This document shows positions 38,565 through 50,366 of a DNA stretch of 64,000 nucleotides, in pieces. Each line of letters starts with the position of its first letter. Positions within the stretch are counted from its first letter, which is position 1. Source of the DNA: an uncultured bacterium (GTDB taxonomy: Bacteria > Patescibacteriota > Minisyncoccia > Minisyncoccales > RBG-13-42-11). The translations under genes and the position numbers were made by a program. Where the stretch lies: contig CAWBPO010000001.1 in the NCBI GenBank assembly GCA_963790795.1, positions 332,073 to 396,072 of the forward strand, read 5' to 3'. The notes beneath the pieces were generated by a model that saw only the letters and a program-made list of their open reading frames with translations, searched no databases and was not told the origin of the DNA.

Positions 38565-38798
38565 ATGGTTAAACTATTTATAACTCCAACCTGTCCTTAC
38601 TGTTTTACTTTGAAAGAGTTTTTAAAAGAGCATAAGATAGATTTTGAGGAAATAGACGTTAGCCAGGATACAAAATCCCGCGATTACATAATTGAGAAAA
38701 CAGGGAAAATGGAAGTGCCGGTAATTGATATAAACGGCGAGGTTATTGCCGGCTTTGACAGGGAGAAAATCGTTAAATTGTTAAAAATCAAGGACTAA
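38565..38798 (+). CDS. Glutaredoxin/NrdH-like small redoxin
   Basis: MVKLFITPTCPYCFTLKEFLKEHKIDFEEIDV...VPVIDINGEVIAGF, with a CPYC active site. ATG at 38565 rather than the track start at 38493. Confidence 0.75.
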   Translation: MVKLFITPTCPYCFTLKEFLKEHKIDFEEIDVSQDTKSRDYIIEKTGKMEVPVIDINGEVIAGFDREKIVKLLKIKD

Positions 38799-38799
38799 T

Positions 38800-39813
38800 A
38801 TGCCGATAAAAATCGCCATCAACGGTTTTGGCCGGATAGGCCGGCCGACCCTCAGAAGAATTTTAGACAAGCACAGCGACCTGGAAGTGGTGGCTATTAA
38901 TGATTTGACAGACGCGGGAACTTTAGCTCATCTTTTAAAATACGACTCTTTGTACGGCATTTATGGAAAGTCGATAAAAAATACTGATAACGCTCTTGTA
39001 ATTGACGGAAAACAGATTAAAGTTCTGGCTGAAAGCGATCCTTCAAAATTGCCTTGGAAAGAATTGGGCGTTGATATTGTTTTGGAATGTTCCGGCGTTT
39101 TTATTGATTATGAAGGAGCTGCAAAGCATATTGCTGCCGGAGCGAAAAAAGTGATAATTTCCGCTCCTTCAAAAAACCAAGACAAAATTCCTTCTTACAT
39201 TTTGGGAGTTAACGAGGAGAAGTTTGATGTAAAAAAAGACAAAGTGATAGATATGGGCTCTTGCACCACCAATTGTTTGGCTCCTATTGTCAAGGTTTTG
39301 CAGGAAAACTTTAAAATCGTTAAGGGTTTTATGACTACGGTCCACAGCTACACCAACGACCAGAGGATTTTGGATTTGCCGCACAAGGATTTGAGACGAG
39401 CCAGGGCAGCTGCTTTGAACATTATTCCGACAACCACTGGAGCTGCCAAAGCGATTGGCAATGTGATGCCCGAATTGAAAGGCAAGCTGGACGGCATTGC
39501 TTTTAGGGTTCCCACGCCGATAGTTTCAGTTCTGGATTTGATTTGCCAGGTTGAGAAAAAGACAACAGCTGAAGAAGTGAATTATATTTTTAAAAAAGCT
39601 TCCAAGATCAAAGAATTGAACGGCATTTTGGGAGTGGAAGACGCAATTCTGGTTTCTTCCGATTACAAAGGAAATTGTTTTTCAGCTATTGTTGACGCTT
39701 CTCTGACAATGGTTATAGACAATCTGGTGAAAGTGGTTGCCTGGTATGATAATGAATGGGGTTATGCCTGCCGTTTGGCTGAAATGGCTGAATATGTCGG
39801 CAAAAAGATGTAG
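38800..39813 (+). CDS. gap: Glyceraldehyde-3-phosphate dehydrogenase, type I
   Basis: IKIAINGFGRIGR, SCTTNCLAP and WYDNEWGY. Confidence 0.95.
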   Translation: MPIKIAINGFGRIGRPTLRRILDKHSDLEVVAINDLTDAGTLAHLLKYDSLYGIYGKSIKNTDNALVIDGKQIKVLAESDPSKLPWKELGVDIVLECSGVFIDYEGAAKHIAAGAKKVIISAPSKNQDKIPSYILGVNEEKFDVKKDKVIDMGSCTTNCLAPIVKVLQENFKIVKGFMTTVHSYTNDQRILDLPHKDLRRARAAALNIIPTTTGAAKAIGNVMPELKGKLDGIAFRVPTPIVSVLDLICQVEKKTTAEEVNYIFKKASKIKELNGILGVEDAILVSSDYKGNCFSAIVDASLTMVIDNLVKVVAWYDNEWGYACRLAEMAEYVGKKM

Positions 39814-39868
39814 AGTTTAAGGAGTTTGAATCTTACTGCCGGAGCAAAAATTTCAAGTCCGAGAAGGC

Positions 39869-39896
39869 TTGATTTTTGTTGGGAAGTTTGTATAAG
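39869..39896 (+). promoter_or_regulatory. Predicted promoter for ORF 39942, embedded in the gap terminator
   Basis: TTGATT (39869-39874), 16 nt, then TATAAG (39891-39896). The -35 is the 3' arm of the hairpin CAAGTCC-GAGAA-GGCTTG. Confidence 0.4.
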
Positions 39897-39941
39897 ATAA
39901 CAACAGAACATTATAATAGGTTAAAGATAGGAGGTGGAATA

Positions 39942-40202
39942 ATGTCCACTGATACAAAAGAAAAAAAGAGAAAATATTATACAGTTATTTTAACAGGCAT
40001 GCTCAAGGGGACATGTTTACCCATACAAGAAGAAATGCATTTTGTTAAAGCAGTGAATGATGAAGAGGCATTAAAGGAAGTTAAAGAACTTGTTAAGGAA
40101 AAAGAAAGGCAAGATAGCAGTTATGGGTGGTGGAATATCGATGTTGTGAAAGCCCCCAATGGAAAGATTATCTATTCTCATAACAGGAAAACTTCCTCCT
40201 AA
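39942..40202 (+). CDS. Hypothetical small protein, 86 aa
   Basis: SD AGGAGGTGG at 39929-39937. The terminator at 40228-40253 follows. No family recognised. Confidence 0.55.
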   Translation: MSTDTKEKKRKYYTVILTGMLKGTCLPIQEEMHFVKAVNDEEALKEVKELVKEKERQDSSYGWWNIDVVKAPNGKIIYSHNRKTSS

Positions 40203-40227
40203 ACTAGCTGTCACTAACGTCGATTCA

Positions 40228-40253
40228 AAGAGGATAACATTTATCCTCTTTTT
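40228..40253 (+). terminator. Intrinsic terminator
   Basis: AAGAGGATA-ACATT-TATCCTCTT with a T-run. Confidence 0.7.
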
Positions 40254-40523
40254 AATTTATAAAACAGGTTCTAACGTCGTCCCATAACCCCAGGGGAGAT
40301 GTCTCTCTCGAGAATTTTTCTCTCAGCCTTGCTTTTTTAAAAGAATAGTGTTATGATGGAAATATAGGTTATGAGAGTTTTGAACTACAAATAGTTGTCA
40401 GATTTTCATTAAGTAAAACACTCAATAGTACTATTTGCGACTCACCGTTATAGCGGGTGGTACGCCGCCCGATATATTGAGCATTCAGCTCACTATTAGG
40501 AGTTGCTTTTTATTTTTTAAAAT

Positions 40524-40775
40524 ATGATTCCAAGATTCAAAAAAGTTCCAAAAGTTATAAACCAACACTTAAAAAAAGAGGAGTTTTTAGAAGAACACAA
40601 TAGATTGTCTCCCATAAATTTAAAAGCTACTATTTCTTTGCTTTCTCGTTTTAGAATAGAAAAATCCTCGCTTTTTAAGAATGATGATTGGTCTATAGAT
40701 AAGCTTAGGAGGCCGTTTATTTTGTGGCTTACTTCTTCGACATTAAGAGAAAAAGAAAATATTAAGAAGGGATAG
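40524..40775 (+). CDS. Hypothetical protein, 83 aa
   Basis: ORF only. No SD and no family recognised. Confidence 0.3.
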   Translation: MIPRFKKVPKVINQHLKKEEFLEEHNRLSPINLKATISLLSRFRIEKSSLFKNDDWSIDKLRRPFILWLTSSTLREKENIKKG

Positions 40776-41059
40776 AAAATAGAAATTGATTGAATTGTAT
40801 GAAAAACTCACACAATCCGAATAAAAACAGAAACAGACGACTTCACAGAAAGTTAGTTTTAAAGCATCGCCACAAAATCGGCTTAAAGAAAAAACACAGG
40901 AATAAAAAATAATTCCTTGACTTTTTATTGATAATAAACTATTGTAATAATGTAAGTGTCTATTGAATTTCTTTTTAGGTTTCATTAAAAGTAAGCCGTA
41001 GAATAGAAATAAAATAGTTGGTCGGCTTACTAATTAAGAAAATTATTTAAAAAATAAAT

Positions 41060-41386
41060 ATGGCTAAAAAATTATATGTAGGTGGGTTATCTTATGACAC
41101 CACCGATGCCACTTTAAAGGAGACTTTCTCCGCAGCTGGGACAGTTGAATCGGCGGCCGTCATTATAGACAGAATGAGCAACCGTTCAAAAGGATTCGGT
41201 TTTGTGGAAATGTCAACCGATGAAGAGGCACAAAAAGCTATTGAGATGTTTAACGGTAAGGATATTGACGGTAGAAATGTTACGGTGAACGAAGCCCGTC
41301 CTATGGAGGCAAGAGCTCCCAGACAAGGCGGATTCAACCGCGGTAGCAGAGGAGGATTTGGTGGAGGTAACAGAGATCGCTGGTAA
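41060..41386 (+). CDS. RRM-type RNA-binding protein with a Gly/Arg-rich tail
   Basis: KLYVGGLSY (RNP-2), KGFGFVEM (RNP-1) and a C-terminal RGGFGGGNRDRW. Confidence 0.85.
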   Translation: MAKKLYVGGLSYDTTDATLKETFSAAGTVESAAVIIDRMSNRSKGFGFVEMSTDEEAQKAIEMFNGKDIDGRNVTVNEARPMEARAPRQGGFNRGSRGGFGGGNRDRW

Positions 41387-41394
41387 GAAATTGA

Positions 41395-41416
41395 AAAACC
41401 CCTTAAGGGGGTTTTT
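41395..41416 (+). terminator. Intrinsic terminator
   Basis: AAAACCCC-TTAA-GGGGTTTT. Confidence 0.75.
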
Positions 41417-41433
41417 CGTTAGTTAATTAGACC

Positions 41434-41461
41434 ACCGCCTTATTATTGTGGCGGTTTTTTT
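41434..41461 (+). terminator. Second tandem intrinsic terminator
   Basis: ACCGCC-TTATTATTGT-GGCGGT followed by T7. Confidence 0.6.
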
Positions 41462-41530
41462 GGTAGAAGACTTGACTTTTTTATAAAAAGATGTAGTTTT
41501 AAAATAGCACAAAAATATTGGAGGTGAGAA

Positions 41531-41989
41531 ATGACAGGATTATTTTCTAGTCATTCATTTTTAAACGAGGAAGAAACAAAGGTAGCTTCAGGTTTCGATT
41601 CGGCAGCTTTCGCAATACAAAGAAAAAAGATACTGTATCTGAGAGAAGTTGCCAGGAAGAAAGGAATAACCGCTGAAAAGCTTGAGGACTTGAAATCTGA
41701 AAGTGGCAAGCCTTTTGTGGAAGAAAAACGCAAGGGGCATTGGGGCCACGATTATAGAAGGGCAGTAGTTACAGAGGATAAGTCATTCGGCCCTCACATA
41801 GCAGAAACCGCTTATCTTTGCCAAGGAATATATTCAAAAGAAGACCCTGACAGTTGCGGATGGGTAATAGGGGACCCCATCGAGGAAAAATATGATGAGA
41901 TTGAAGTTTTAAGCGGTTCAAGAGGAACAAGATATTATTGCGGGATTTGCGGAAAACAAATAGGAGAACATAAAACAGCTGTTTCTTAG
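41531..41989 (+). CDS. Hypothetical protein, 152 aa, with a C-terminal zinc-ribbon-like CxxC
   Basis: SD TGGAGGTG 5 nt upstream of the ATG. C-terminal YYCGICGKQIGEH. Two terminator hairpins lie downstream. No family recognised. Confidence 0.55.
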   Translation: MTGLFSSHSFLNEEETKVASGFDSAAFAIQRKKILYLREVARKKGITAEKLEDLKSESGKPFVEEKRKGHWGHDYRRAVVTEDKSFGPHIAETAYLCQGIYSKEDPDSCGWVIGDPIEEKYDEIEVLSGSRGTRYYCGICGKQIGEHKTAVS

Positions 41990-42184
41990 TCCTAATAACA
42001 ATACAGAAAAAGTATCAGAGACCGTCCTTGACATAAGTCATACGACGGTCTTTTCTTTTATCCCAAATAAGTTTTAACACCATTTAAAAAGAGGGGTTCG
42101 CTCAGCCCTCTTTTTCATTTAAAAGATTTAAGCTATAACAAACCACAGTTTGATATATCGAACAAAGTTCGTTATAATAAAACA

Positions 42185-44101
42185 ATGATTAAAAAAGAAA
42201 ATCTCTATTATCCAAGTGAAGATTTCAAGAAAAAAGCCTGGGTAAAAGACGAGAAGATTTACAAAGAGGCAGAGAAGGGCCCGATTAAATTCTGGGAGAA
42301 ACTGGCCGGAGAATTGAAATGGCAGAAAAAATGGGGAAAAGGCTTTGAGCACCAGGCGCCGTATTTTAAGTGGTTTTTGAACGGGAAATTAAACATTGTT
42401 GAAAACTGCTTGGACAGGCACCTTAAGGATAAAAAGGACAAAATAGCTTTGATCTGGCAGCCAGAGCCAATTAATGAAAAAGCAAAAACTTTTACTTACC
42501 AAGAACTATTTGTTGAAGTAAATAAATTCAGCAATGCTCTTTTAAAGCTTGGAGTTGTCAAAGGAGACAGGGTTGGTATATATATGCCGATGATTCCTGA
42601 AGTGATAATTTCAATGCTGGCTTGTGCCAGAATCGGAGCTGTTCATACGGTTGTTTTCTCCGCTTTTTCAGCAACCTCCCTTCAGAGCCGCTTGATTGAT
42701 TCTGAAGCAAAAATCCTGATTACTGCTGACGGATATTACAGGAATGGAAGTTTGATTAATTTGAAAAACAATGCTGAAGAATCTTTAAAAGATACTTCTG
42801 TTGAAAAGACGGTGGTGGTAAAGCGGGCTGGCAACCAGGTAAATTGGCAAGAAGGTAGGGATTTATGGTGGCATGAGTTGGTTAAAGACGAGAAAGATTC
42901 TTGCGAAGCTGAAACAATGGATTCAGAAGATCCTTTGTTCATTCTTTACACTTCAGGCTCAACAGGCAAACCCAAAGGATGTTTGCATGTTGTTGGAGGT
43001 TACGCAGTTCAGGCTCATGCTACTTCAAAACTGATATTTGATTTGCATGATGATGATATTTTTTGGTCCACAGCTGATGTTGGCTGGATAACCGGCCACA
43101 CTTACAGTTGCTACGGACCTTTATTGTGCGGAGCAACCTTTATTATTTTTGAAGGATTGATAATTTCTCCTGGGCCTGACAGATGGGCGAAAATTATTGA
43201 CGAACACAAAGTAACGATTTTCTATACCGCTCCCACAGCCATCAGAATGTTTGAGAAAAACGGGGCAGAAGTTTTCAAAGATTACAAATTAGACACTTTG
43301 CGGCTTTTGGGTTCGGTCGGCGAGCCGATAGATGAGTCAGCCTGGCTCTGGTATTTTAAAGAAATCGGCAAAGAAAAGTGCCCGCTTGTTGATACCTGGT
43401 GGCAGACAGAAACAGGCGGAATCCTGATTACTTCTTTGCCGGGGATAGGGCCATTCAAGCCAGCTTTCACCGGCCTGCCTTTTCCCGGATTAAAGTTTGA
43501 TATTTTGAACAAGGAAGGAAAATCCTGTTCTTCCAACGAAAAAGGCAATTTGGTTTTATTTTCGCCCTTTGCTCCTGGTCTACTGCGGGGAATTTACAAA
43601 AATCCTGAGAAATATCTGGAAACTTACTGGAGCCAGTACGGAAAAGAAGTTTATTTCAGTTCTGACGGCGCTTTTAAGGATGAAAACAACTTAATCAGGA
43701 TTATCGGCAGGGTTGATGATGTCATTAAAGTGGCAGGCCACAGAGTTTCTACAGGAGAACTGGAAGCGGCGATCAACCAGCATCCTGATATTACAGAGTG
43801 CGCTGTCATTGGAATACCAGACGAGATAAAAGGCGAAGTACCCTTAGCTTTTCTGGTTTACAAAGGCCATAAACCTGCTGACCAAGTCAAACAGGAAGCA
43901 ATAGGGCATATTAAGAAAGAAATAGGGCCGATTGCCATGCCAAAAGAAATTTATCTGGTTGAAGATTTGCCCAAAACAAGGTCTGGAAAAATAATGAGAA
44001 GGACTTTAAGGCAATTATTCAGCGGTGAAGAATTAGGGGATTTATCCACTTTGGCTAATCCTGAAATCGTTGAAAATATTAAAGGAATAATTCAAAAATG
44101 A
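42185..44101 (+). CDS. acs: Acetyl-CoA synthetase (AMP-forming)
   Basis: 638 aa. YTSGSTGKPKG, WWQTETGG and PKTRSGKIMRR. Confidence 0.95.
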   Translation: MIKKENLYYPSEDFKKKAWVKDEKIYKEAEKGPIKFWEKLAGELKWQKKWGKGFEHQAPYFKWFLNGKLNIVENCLDRHLKDKKDKIALIWQPEPINEKAKTFTYQELFVEVNKFSNALLKLGVVKGDRVGIYMPMIPEVIISMLACARIGAVHTVVFSAFSATSLQSRLIDSEAKILITADGYYRNGSLINLKNNAEESLKDTSVEKTVVVKRAGNQVNWQEGRDLWWHELVKDEKDSCEAETMDSEDPLFILYTSGSTGKPKGCLHVVGGYAVQAHATSKLIFDLHDDDIFWSTADVGWITGHTYSCYGPLLCGATFIIFEGLIISPGPDRWAKIIDEHKVTIFYTAPTAIRMFEKNGAEVFKDYKLDTLRLLGSVGEPIDESAWLWYFKEIGKEKCPLVDTWWQTETGGILITSLPGIGPFKPAFTGLPFPGLKFDILNKEGKSCSSNEKGNLVLFSPFAPGLLRGIYKNPEKYLETYWSQYGKEVYFSSDGAFKDENNLIRIIGRVDDVIKVAGHRVSTGELEAAINQHPDITECAVIGIPDEIKGEVPLAFLVYKGHKPADQVKQEAIGHIKKEIGPIAMPKEIYLVEDLPKTRSGKIMRRTLRQLFSGEELGDLSTLANPEIVENIKGIIQK

Positions 44102-46480
44102 GAAATTTACGCAAAAAATACATTCTTTGGTTTAAGGAAATCTCCAAAAAGGATGTTGGTTTGGTCGGCGGGAAAAACGCTTCTTTGGGAGAAATGTTTT
44201 CGCAATTAAACAAAAAGGGGATTAGGGTTCCTGACGGTTTTGCGACAACCAGCTATGCTTATTGGTCTTTTTTAGAAGTAAACAACCTTTTGCCGAAACT
44301 GAAAAAGATTTTTAAGAAACTGGATACGAGAAATATTAAGAAACTACAGGAAGCTGGCAGGGCAGCGAGGAATCTTATTTCAAAAGCTGAATTTCCAGAA
44401 GATTTGAAGGAAGAGATATTGAAAGCATACCGAATTTTATCTAAAAAATACAAAACAAAAAACCTTAGCGTGGCCGCCAGAAGTTCAGCCACTGCCGAGG
44501 ATTTGCCGACAGCCTCTTTTGCCGGCCAGCATGAAACATATTTGAATGTAAGAGGAGAAAAAGAATTATTAACAGCTGTTAAAAAATGCATTGTTTCTTT
44601 GTTTCTGGACAGGGCGATTTCTTACAGAGCAGAAAAAGGATTTTACCATTTTAAAGTTGCTTTATCGGTCGGTGTAATGAAAATGGTCAGGTCTGATGTC
44701 GGTTCAGCCGGAGTGATATTCACTTTAGATACAGAAACAGGGTTTAGAGACGTTGTTTTAATTAACGGTTCTTGGGGGCTTGGAGAAATGGTGGTTAAGG
44801 GAAGAGTGGTTCCAGATGAGTTTTTGGTGCACAAACCAACCCTGAAGAAAGGATTTGAGCCAATTATCTCAAAGATTTTAGGTACAAAACGAAGAAAGCT
44901 TGTTTATACCAATAAAGGGAACAAAACAACGGAAGAAATAGCAGTTTCCAAAAAAAGCCAAAATATGTTTGTTTTGAAAGAGCAAGAAGTTTTGCAGCTT
45001 TCCAAATGGGCTTGCGATATTGAAGACCATTACGGGTTTCCAATGGATATTGAATGGGCCAAAGACGGAAAAAGCAAAGAATTATTCATTGTTCAGGCAA
45101 GGCCGGAAACAATTCACGCCTCAAAAATTGGTCAAAGTTACAATCAATACTTTTTGAAACAAAAAGGAAAATTAATTTTAGAAGGAGAGGCGATCGGCTC
45201 TAAAATCGCTTTTGGAAAAGCAAAGGTTATTCCCAATATTGTCCGAATAAAAGATTTTAAACCTGGAGAGATTTTAGTTACGGAAATGACAGACCCTGAT
45301 TGGACAAGCATTATGAAACAGGCAAAAGCAATTATTACTGAGGAAGGCGGAAGAACCTGTCACGCAGCGATTGTCAGCAGGGAGCTGGGGATTCCCTGCA
45401 TTGTTGGCGCTGATAAAGCAACCAAGATTTTAAAAACAGGCAAGATGATTACCGTGGACTGCTCTGTTGGTCAGACAGGCAGGGTTTTTGAAGGACAGCT
45501 GAAATTTGAAATTAAAAAATACAATTTAAAGAGAATTCCGAAAACCAGGACGAAAATAATGATTAACACAAGCCATCCTGATCTTGCATTTTTGAATTCG
45601 TTTTTGCCCAATTCAGGAGTGGGATTGGCCAGGGAAGAATTCATTATTGCTTCTCAAATTAAAATTCATCCTTTGGCGCTTTACAACTTCAATAAATTAA
45701 AGAATGTAAGCTTGAAAAGGAAAATTGAGAAATTGACTGCCGGCTATTCTGACAAGAAAGAGTATTTTGTTGATAAGCTTTCTCAGGGAATCGGAAAGAT
45801 TGCTGCTGGCATGTATCCCAAGCCCGTCATCGTCAGATTTTCCGATTTTAAATCCAATGAATACGCCCAATTACTGGGAGGAGAAATTTTTGAACCGCTA
45901 GAAGCAAACCCAATGTTGGGCTTTAGGGGAGCTTCAAGATACTACGACGATAACTTTTTGCCCGCTTTCCAAATGGAATGCCAGGTAATAAAAAGAGTCA
46001 GAGAAAAATTCGGCTTGAAAAACGTCAAAGTGATGGTTCCTTTTTGCCGGACCGTTGAAGAAGGGGAAAAAGTGATAAAATTAATGAAGAGATTCGGTTT
46101 GGAAAGGAATAAAGACGGCTTGGAAGTTTATGTTATGTGCGAGATTCCTTCCAATGTCATTCTGGCTGATGAGTTTTTGGATATTTTTGACGGAATGAGC
46201 ATAGGCAGCAATGATTTAACCCAGTTGGTTTTGGGCTTGGACAGGGATTCAGCTTTGCTTGCCGGAGTTGGAGATGAAAGAAACGCAGCTGTAAAAGAAA
46301 TGTTGAAAAAAGTGATTGCAGTTTGCAAAAAAAGGAAAAAATACTGCGGGATTTGCGGCGAAGCGCCAAGTTATTTCCAGGATTTTGCCGAATTTCTGGT
46401 CGGGCAAAAGATAGAATCAATTTCATTGAATCCGGATACCGTTATTAAAACCACATTAATTGTTGCCAAAAAAGAAAAAC

Positions 46481-46488
<8 letters not shown>
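44098..46488 (+). CDS. ppsA: Phosphoenolpyruvate synthase (pyruvate, water dikinase)
   Basis: 796 aa. VGGKNASLGEM, a phosphohistidine region GGRTCHAAIVSRELGIPCIVG, and a C-terminal PEP-utilising domain with SIGSNDLTQL. Confidence 0.9.
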
Positions 46489-48225
<1,737 letters not shown>

Positions 48226-48324
48226 GGGGGAAGATGAGATTTTATCTCATCGCCCCAGTAAACAAAGTTCAATGAATCCGTTGATTCATTTCACATCTCA
48301 TAAATTTTCAATTTATTTCGATAT

Positions 48325-48999
48325 ATGATTAATCTTTCAGCCAAAGTCAGAAAAGATTTTGGCAAAAAAGTCAAAAAAATAAGGAAGAAGGGGATTATCC
48401 CTGCGATTTTATACGGCCCCAAAATAAAAAACACTCCTTTGGAGGTTGATTTGAAAGAGTTTGAAAAGGCCTTTCAATTAGTCGGTGAAAGCTCTTTGCT
48501 TCAGCTTTTGGTTGGCCAGGAAAAATTCTTGGTTATGATTAATGCTCTTGAACTTGATGCTGTTTCCCAAAAACCAATTCACATTGATTTTTACCAGCCG
48601 AGACTGGACGAGGAAATCACAGCTCATATTCCTTTGGTTTTTGAAGGAGAATCTGAAGCAATGAAGAATCTGGGAGGCACTTTGGTAAAAAACATCCACG
48701 AACTGGAAGTGAAAGCTCTGCCCCAGAATCTTCCTCACGAAATTAAAGTGGATATCAGCAAGTTAAAAACATTTGAAAACAACATTTTGGTTAAGGATTT
48801 GATTGTGCCAAAAGAAGTGAAGATTCTCAAAGACCCCGAAGAAACAGTTGCTTTTGTTTCAGAACCTGAAAAGGTGGAAGAAGAATTAGCCAAGCCTTTG
48901 GGAGAAGAGAAAGTGGAAGAAATCAAAGCTGAAGGAGAAAAAGAACCAACAGCTGCTGGAGAAGAATCTGAGGCAAAAGAAGAAGTTAAAGAAAAATGA
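48325..48999 (+). CDS. rplY: 50S ribosomal protein L25 / Ctc form with an acidic tail
   Basis: KVRKDFGKKVKKIRKKGIIPAILYG...PIHIDFYQ. The C-terminus is Glu/Lys-rich. Confidence 0.85.
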   Translation: MINLSAKVRKDFGKKVKKIRKKGIIPAILYGPKIKNTPLEVDLKEFEKAFQLVGESSLLQLLVGQEKFLVMINALELDAVSQKPIHIDFYQPRLDEEITAHIPLVFEGESEAMKNLGGTLVKNIHELEVKALPQNLPHEIKVDISKLKTFENNILVKDLIVPKEVKILKDPEETVAFVSEPEKVEEELAKPLGEEKVEEIKAEGEKEPTAAGEESEAKEEVKEK

Positions 49000-50366
49000 A
49001 AACCTCTAATTTCTTTAAATTAATTTTGTTAATTTGTGCGGTTTTATTTTTGGTTCTTCCCCATTCTTTTGTTTTTGCCCAGGAAGAATGCGGTACCAGG
49101 GAAGAATGCGAGTCTTTATTGAAACAATATGAATCAGAAATTGAAAAACTGGAAGGAGTTATCGGCAAGACCGAGCAGGAGAAAAAAAGTCTTCAGAATC
49201 AGATCAGCACCTTGAAGTCAAAAGTTAAGAAACTTGACCTTCAGATTCAGCAAAGCAGCGTAATGATAAAAGACATCAGCTACCAGATAAAAGACACAGA
49301 AGGCTCGATAGAGAACACCTCTTTTAAAATAGGAGATTTAAGAATTCAACTGGCAGGCATTTTGCAGATAATTTACGAAAAAGACCAAACTTCTCTTGTT
49401 GAAATTTTGCTTTCCGGAGAAAATATATCTGTTTTTTTTGACGATTTAATGGCCTTGGAAAGTTTGGACTCAAAGAGCCATGAATTCATGCAAGAAATCA
49501 AAGGCCTTAAAACTTCTTTGGAGGGGCAGAAGCAGTCTTTGGACGCTGAAAAAGGCGATTTGGAAAGCGCCGTTAAAATGCAAACACTTCAAAAACAGGA
49601 AAACCAAAACGTGCAAAAACAGCAGGAATATTTCTTGCAGTTAACCGAAGCTCAATACCAGCAATATCTTAAGGAAAAACAGGCGACTGAAGCAAAAGCA
49701 GCTGAAATAAGGACAAGGATTTTTGAATTGATTGGCGTGCCGACAGCTCCCACTTTCGGAGAAGCTTATACAATGGCCAAGTGGGTTGAAAGCACAACAG
49801 GCGTCAGGCCAGCCTTTTTATTGGCAGTCTTACAACAGGAATCAGCCATTGGCAAAAATGTCGGCCAGTGCTATTTATCTAATTCTACGATAGGAGCTGG
49901 AATAAACATAAATACCGGCGCTTCAATAAAAAACGTTATGAAGCCCATGGGCCTTTCCGGCAGAAAAGGAGATGTTGAAGATTTTCTGACAATAACCAGG
50001 GAATTGGGGATGGACCCTTACAAAACACCGGTTTCCTGCCCTATTCCGAGCGTAGGAGGATACGGAGGAGCAATGGGACCTGCCCAGTTTATTCCAACCA
50101 CCTGGATGATTTATAAAGATGACCTGCGAAGGCTTCTTGGCAGGCCTGCCAATCCTTGGAATATCCAGGACGCTTTCTTAGCTGCCGGGCTTTATCTTAC
50201 AAGATACGGAGCGGCGAACCAGACCAGGGACGCTGAATGGAAAGCAGCCATGTATTATTTTGCAGGTTCGCTCAACACCAGATATTCTTTTTACGCCAAC
50301 AGCGTTTTAAAGATAGCTGACGGCTTTGAAGATGACATTAAGATACTTGAGCAAGCCAATAATTAA
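48996..50366 (+). CDS. Secreted coiled-coil protein with a C-terminal lytic-transglycosylase-like domain
   Basis: Signal peptide, a ~230-aa coiled coil (EnvC/PcsB-like), then LLAVLQQESAIGKNVGQC ... GAMGPAQFIPTTW, which resembles SLT/MltB-type catalytic regions. Confidence 0.55.
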   Translation: MKTSNFFKLILLICAVLFLVLPHSFVFAQEECGTREECESLLKQYESEIEKLEGVIGKTEQEKKSLQNQISTLKSKVKKLDLQIQQSSVMIKDISYQIKDTEGSIENTSFKIGDLRIQLAGILQIIYEKDQTSLVEILLSGENISVFFDDLMALESLDSKSHEFMQEIKGLKTSLEGQKQSLDAEKGDLESAVKMQTLQKQENQNVQKQQEYFLQLTEAQYQQYLKEKQATEAKAAEIRTRIFELIGVPTAPTFGEAYTMAKWVESTTGVRPAFLLAVLQQESAIGKNVGQCYLSNSTIGAGININTGASIKNVMKPMGLSGRKGDVEDFLTITRELGMDPYKTPVSCPIPSVGGYGGAMGPAQFIPTTWMIYKDDLRRLLGRPANPWNIQDAFLAAGLYLTRYGAANQTRDAEWKAAMYYFAGSLNTRYSFYANSVLKIADGFEDDIKILEQANN

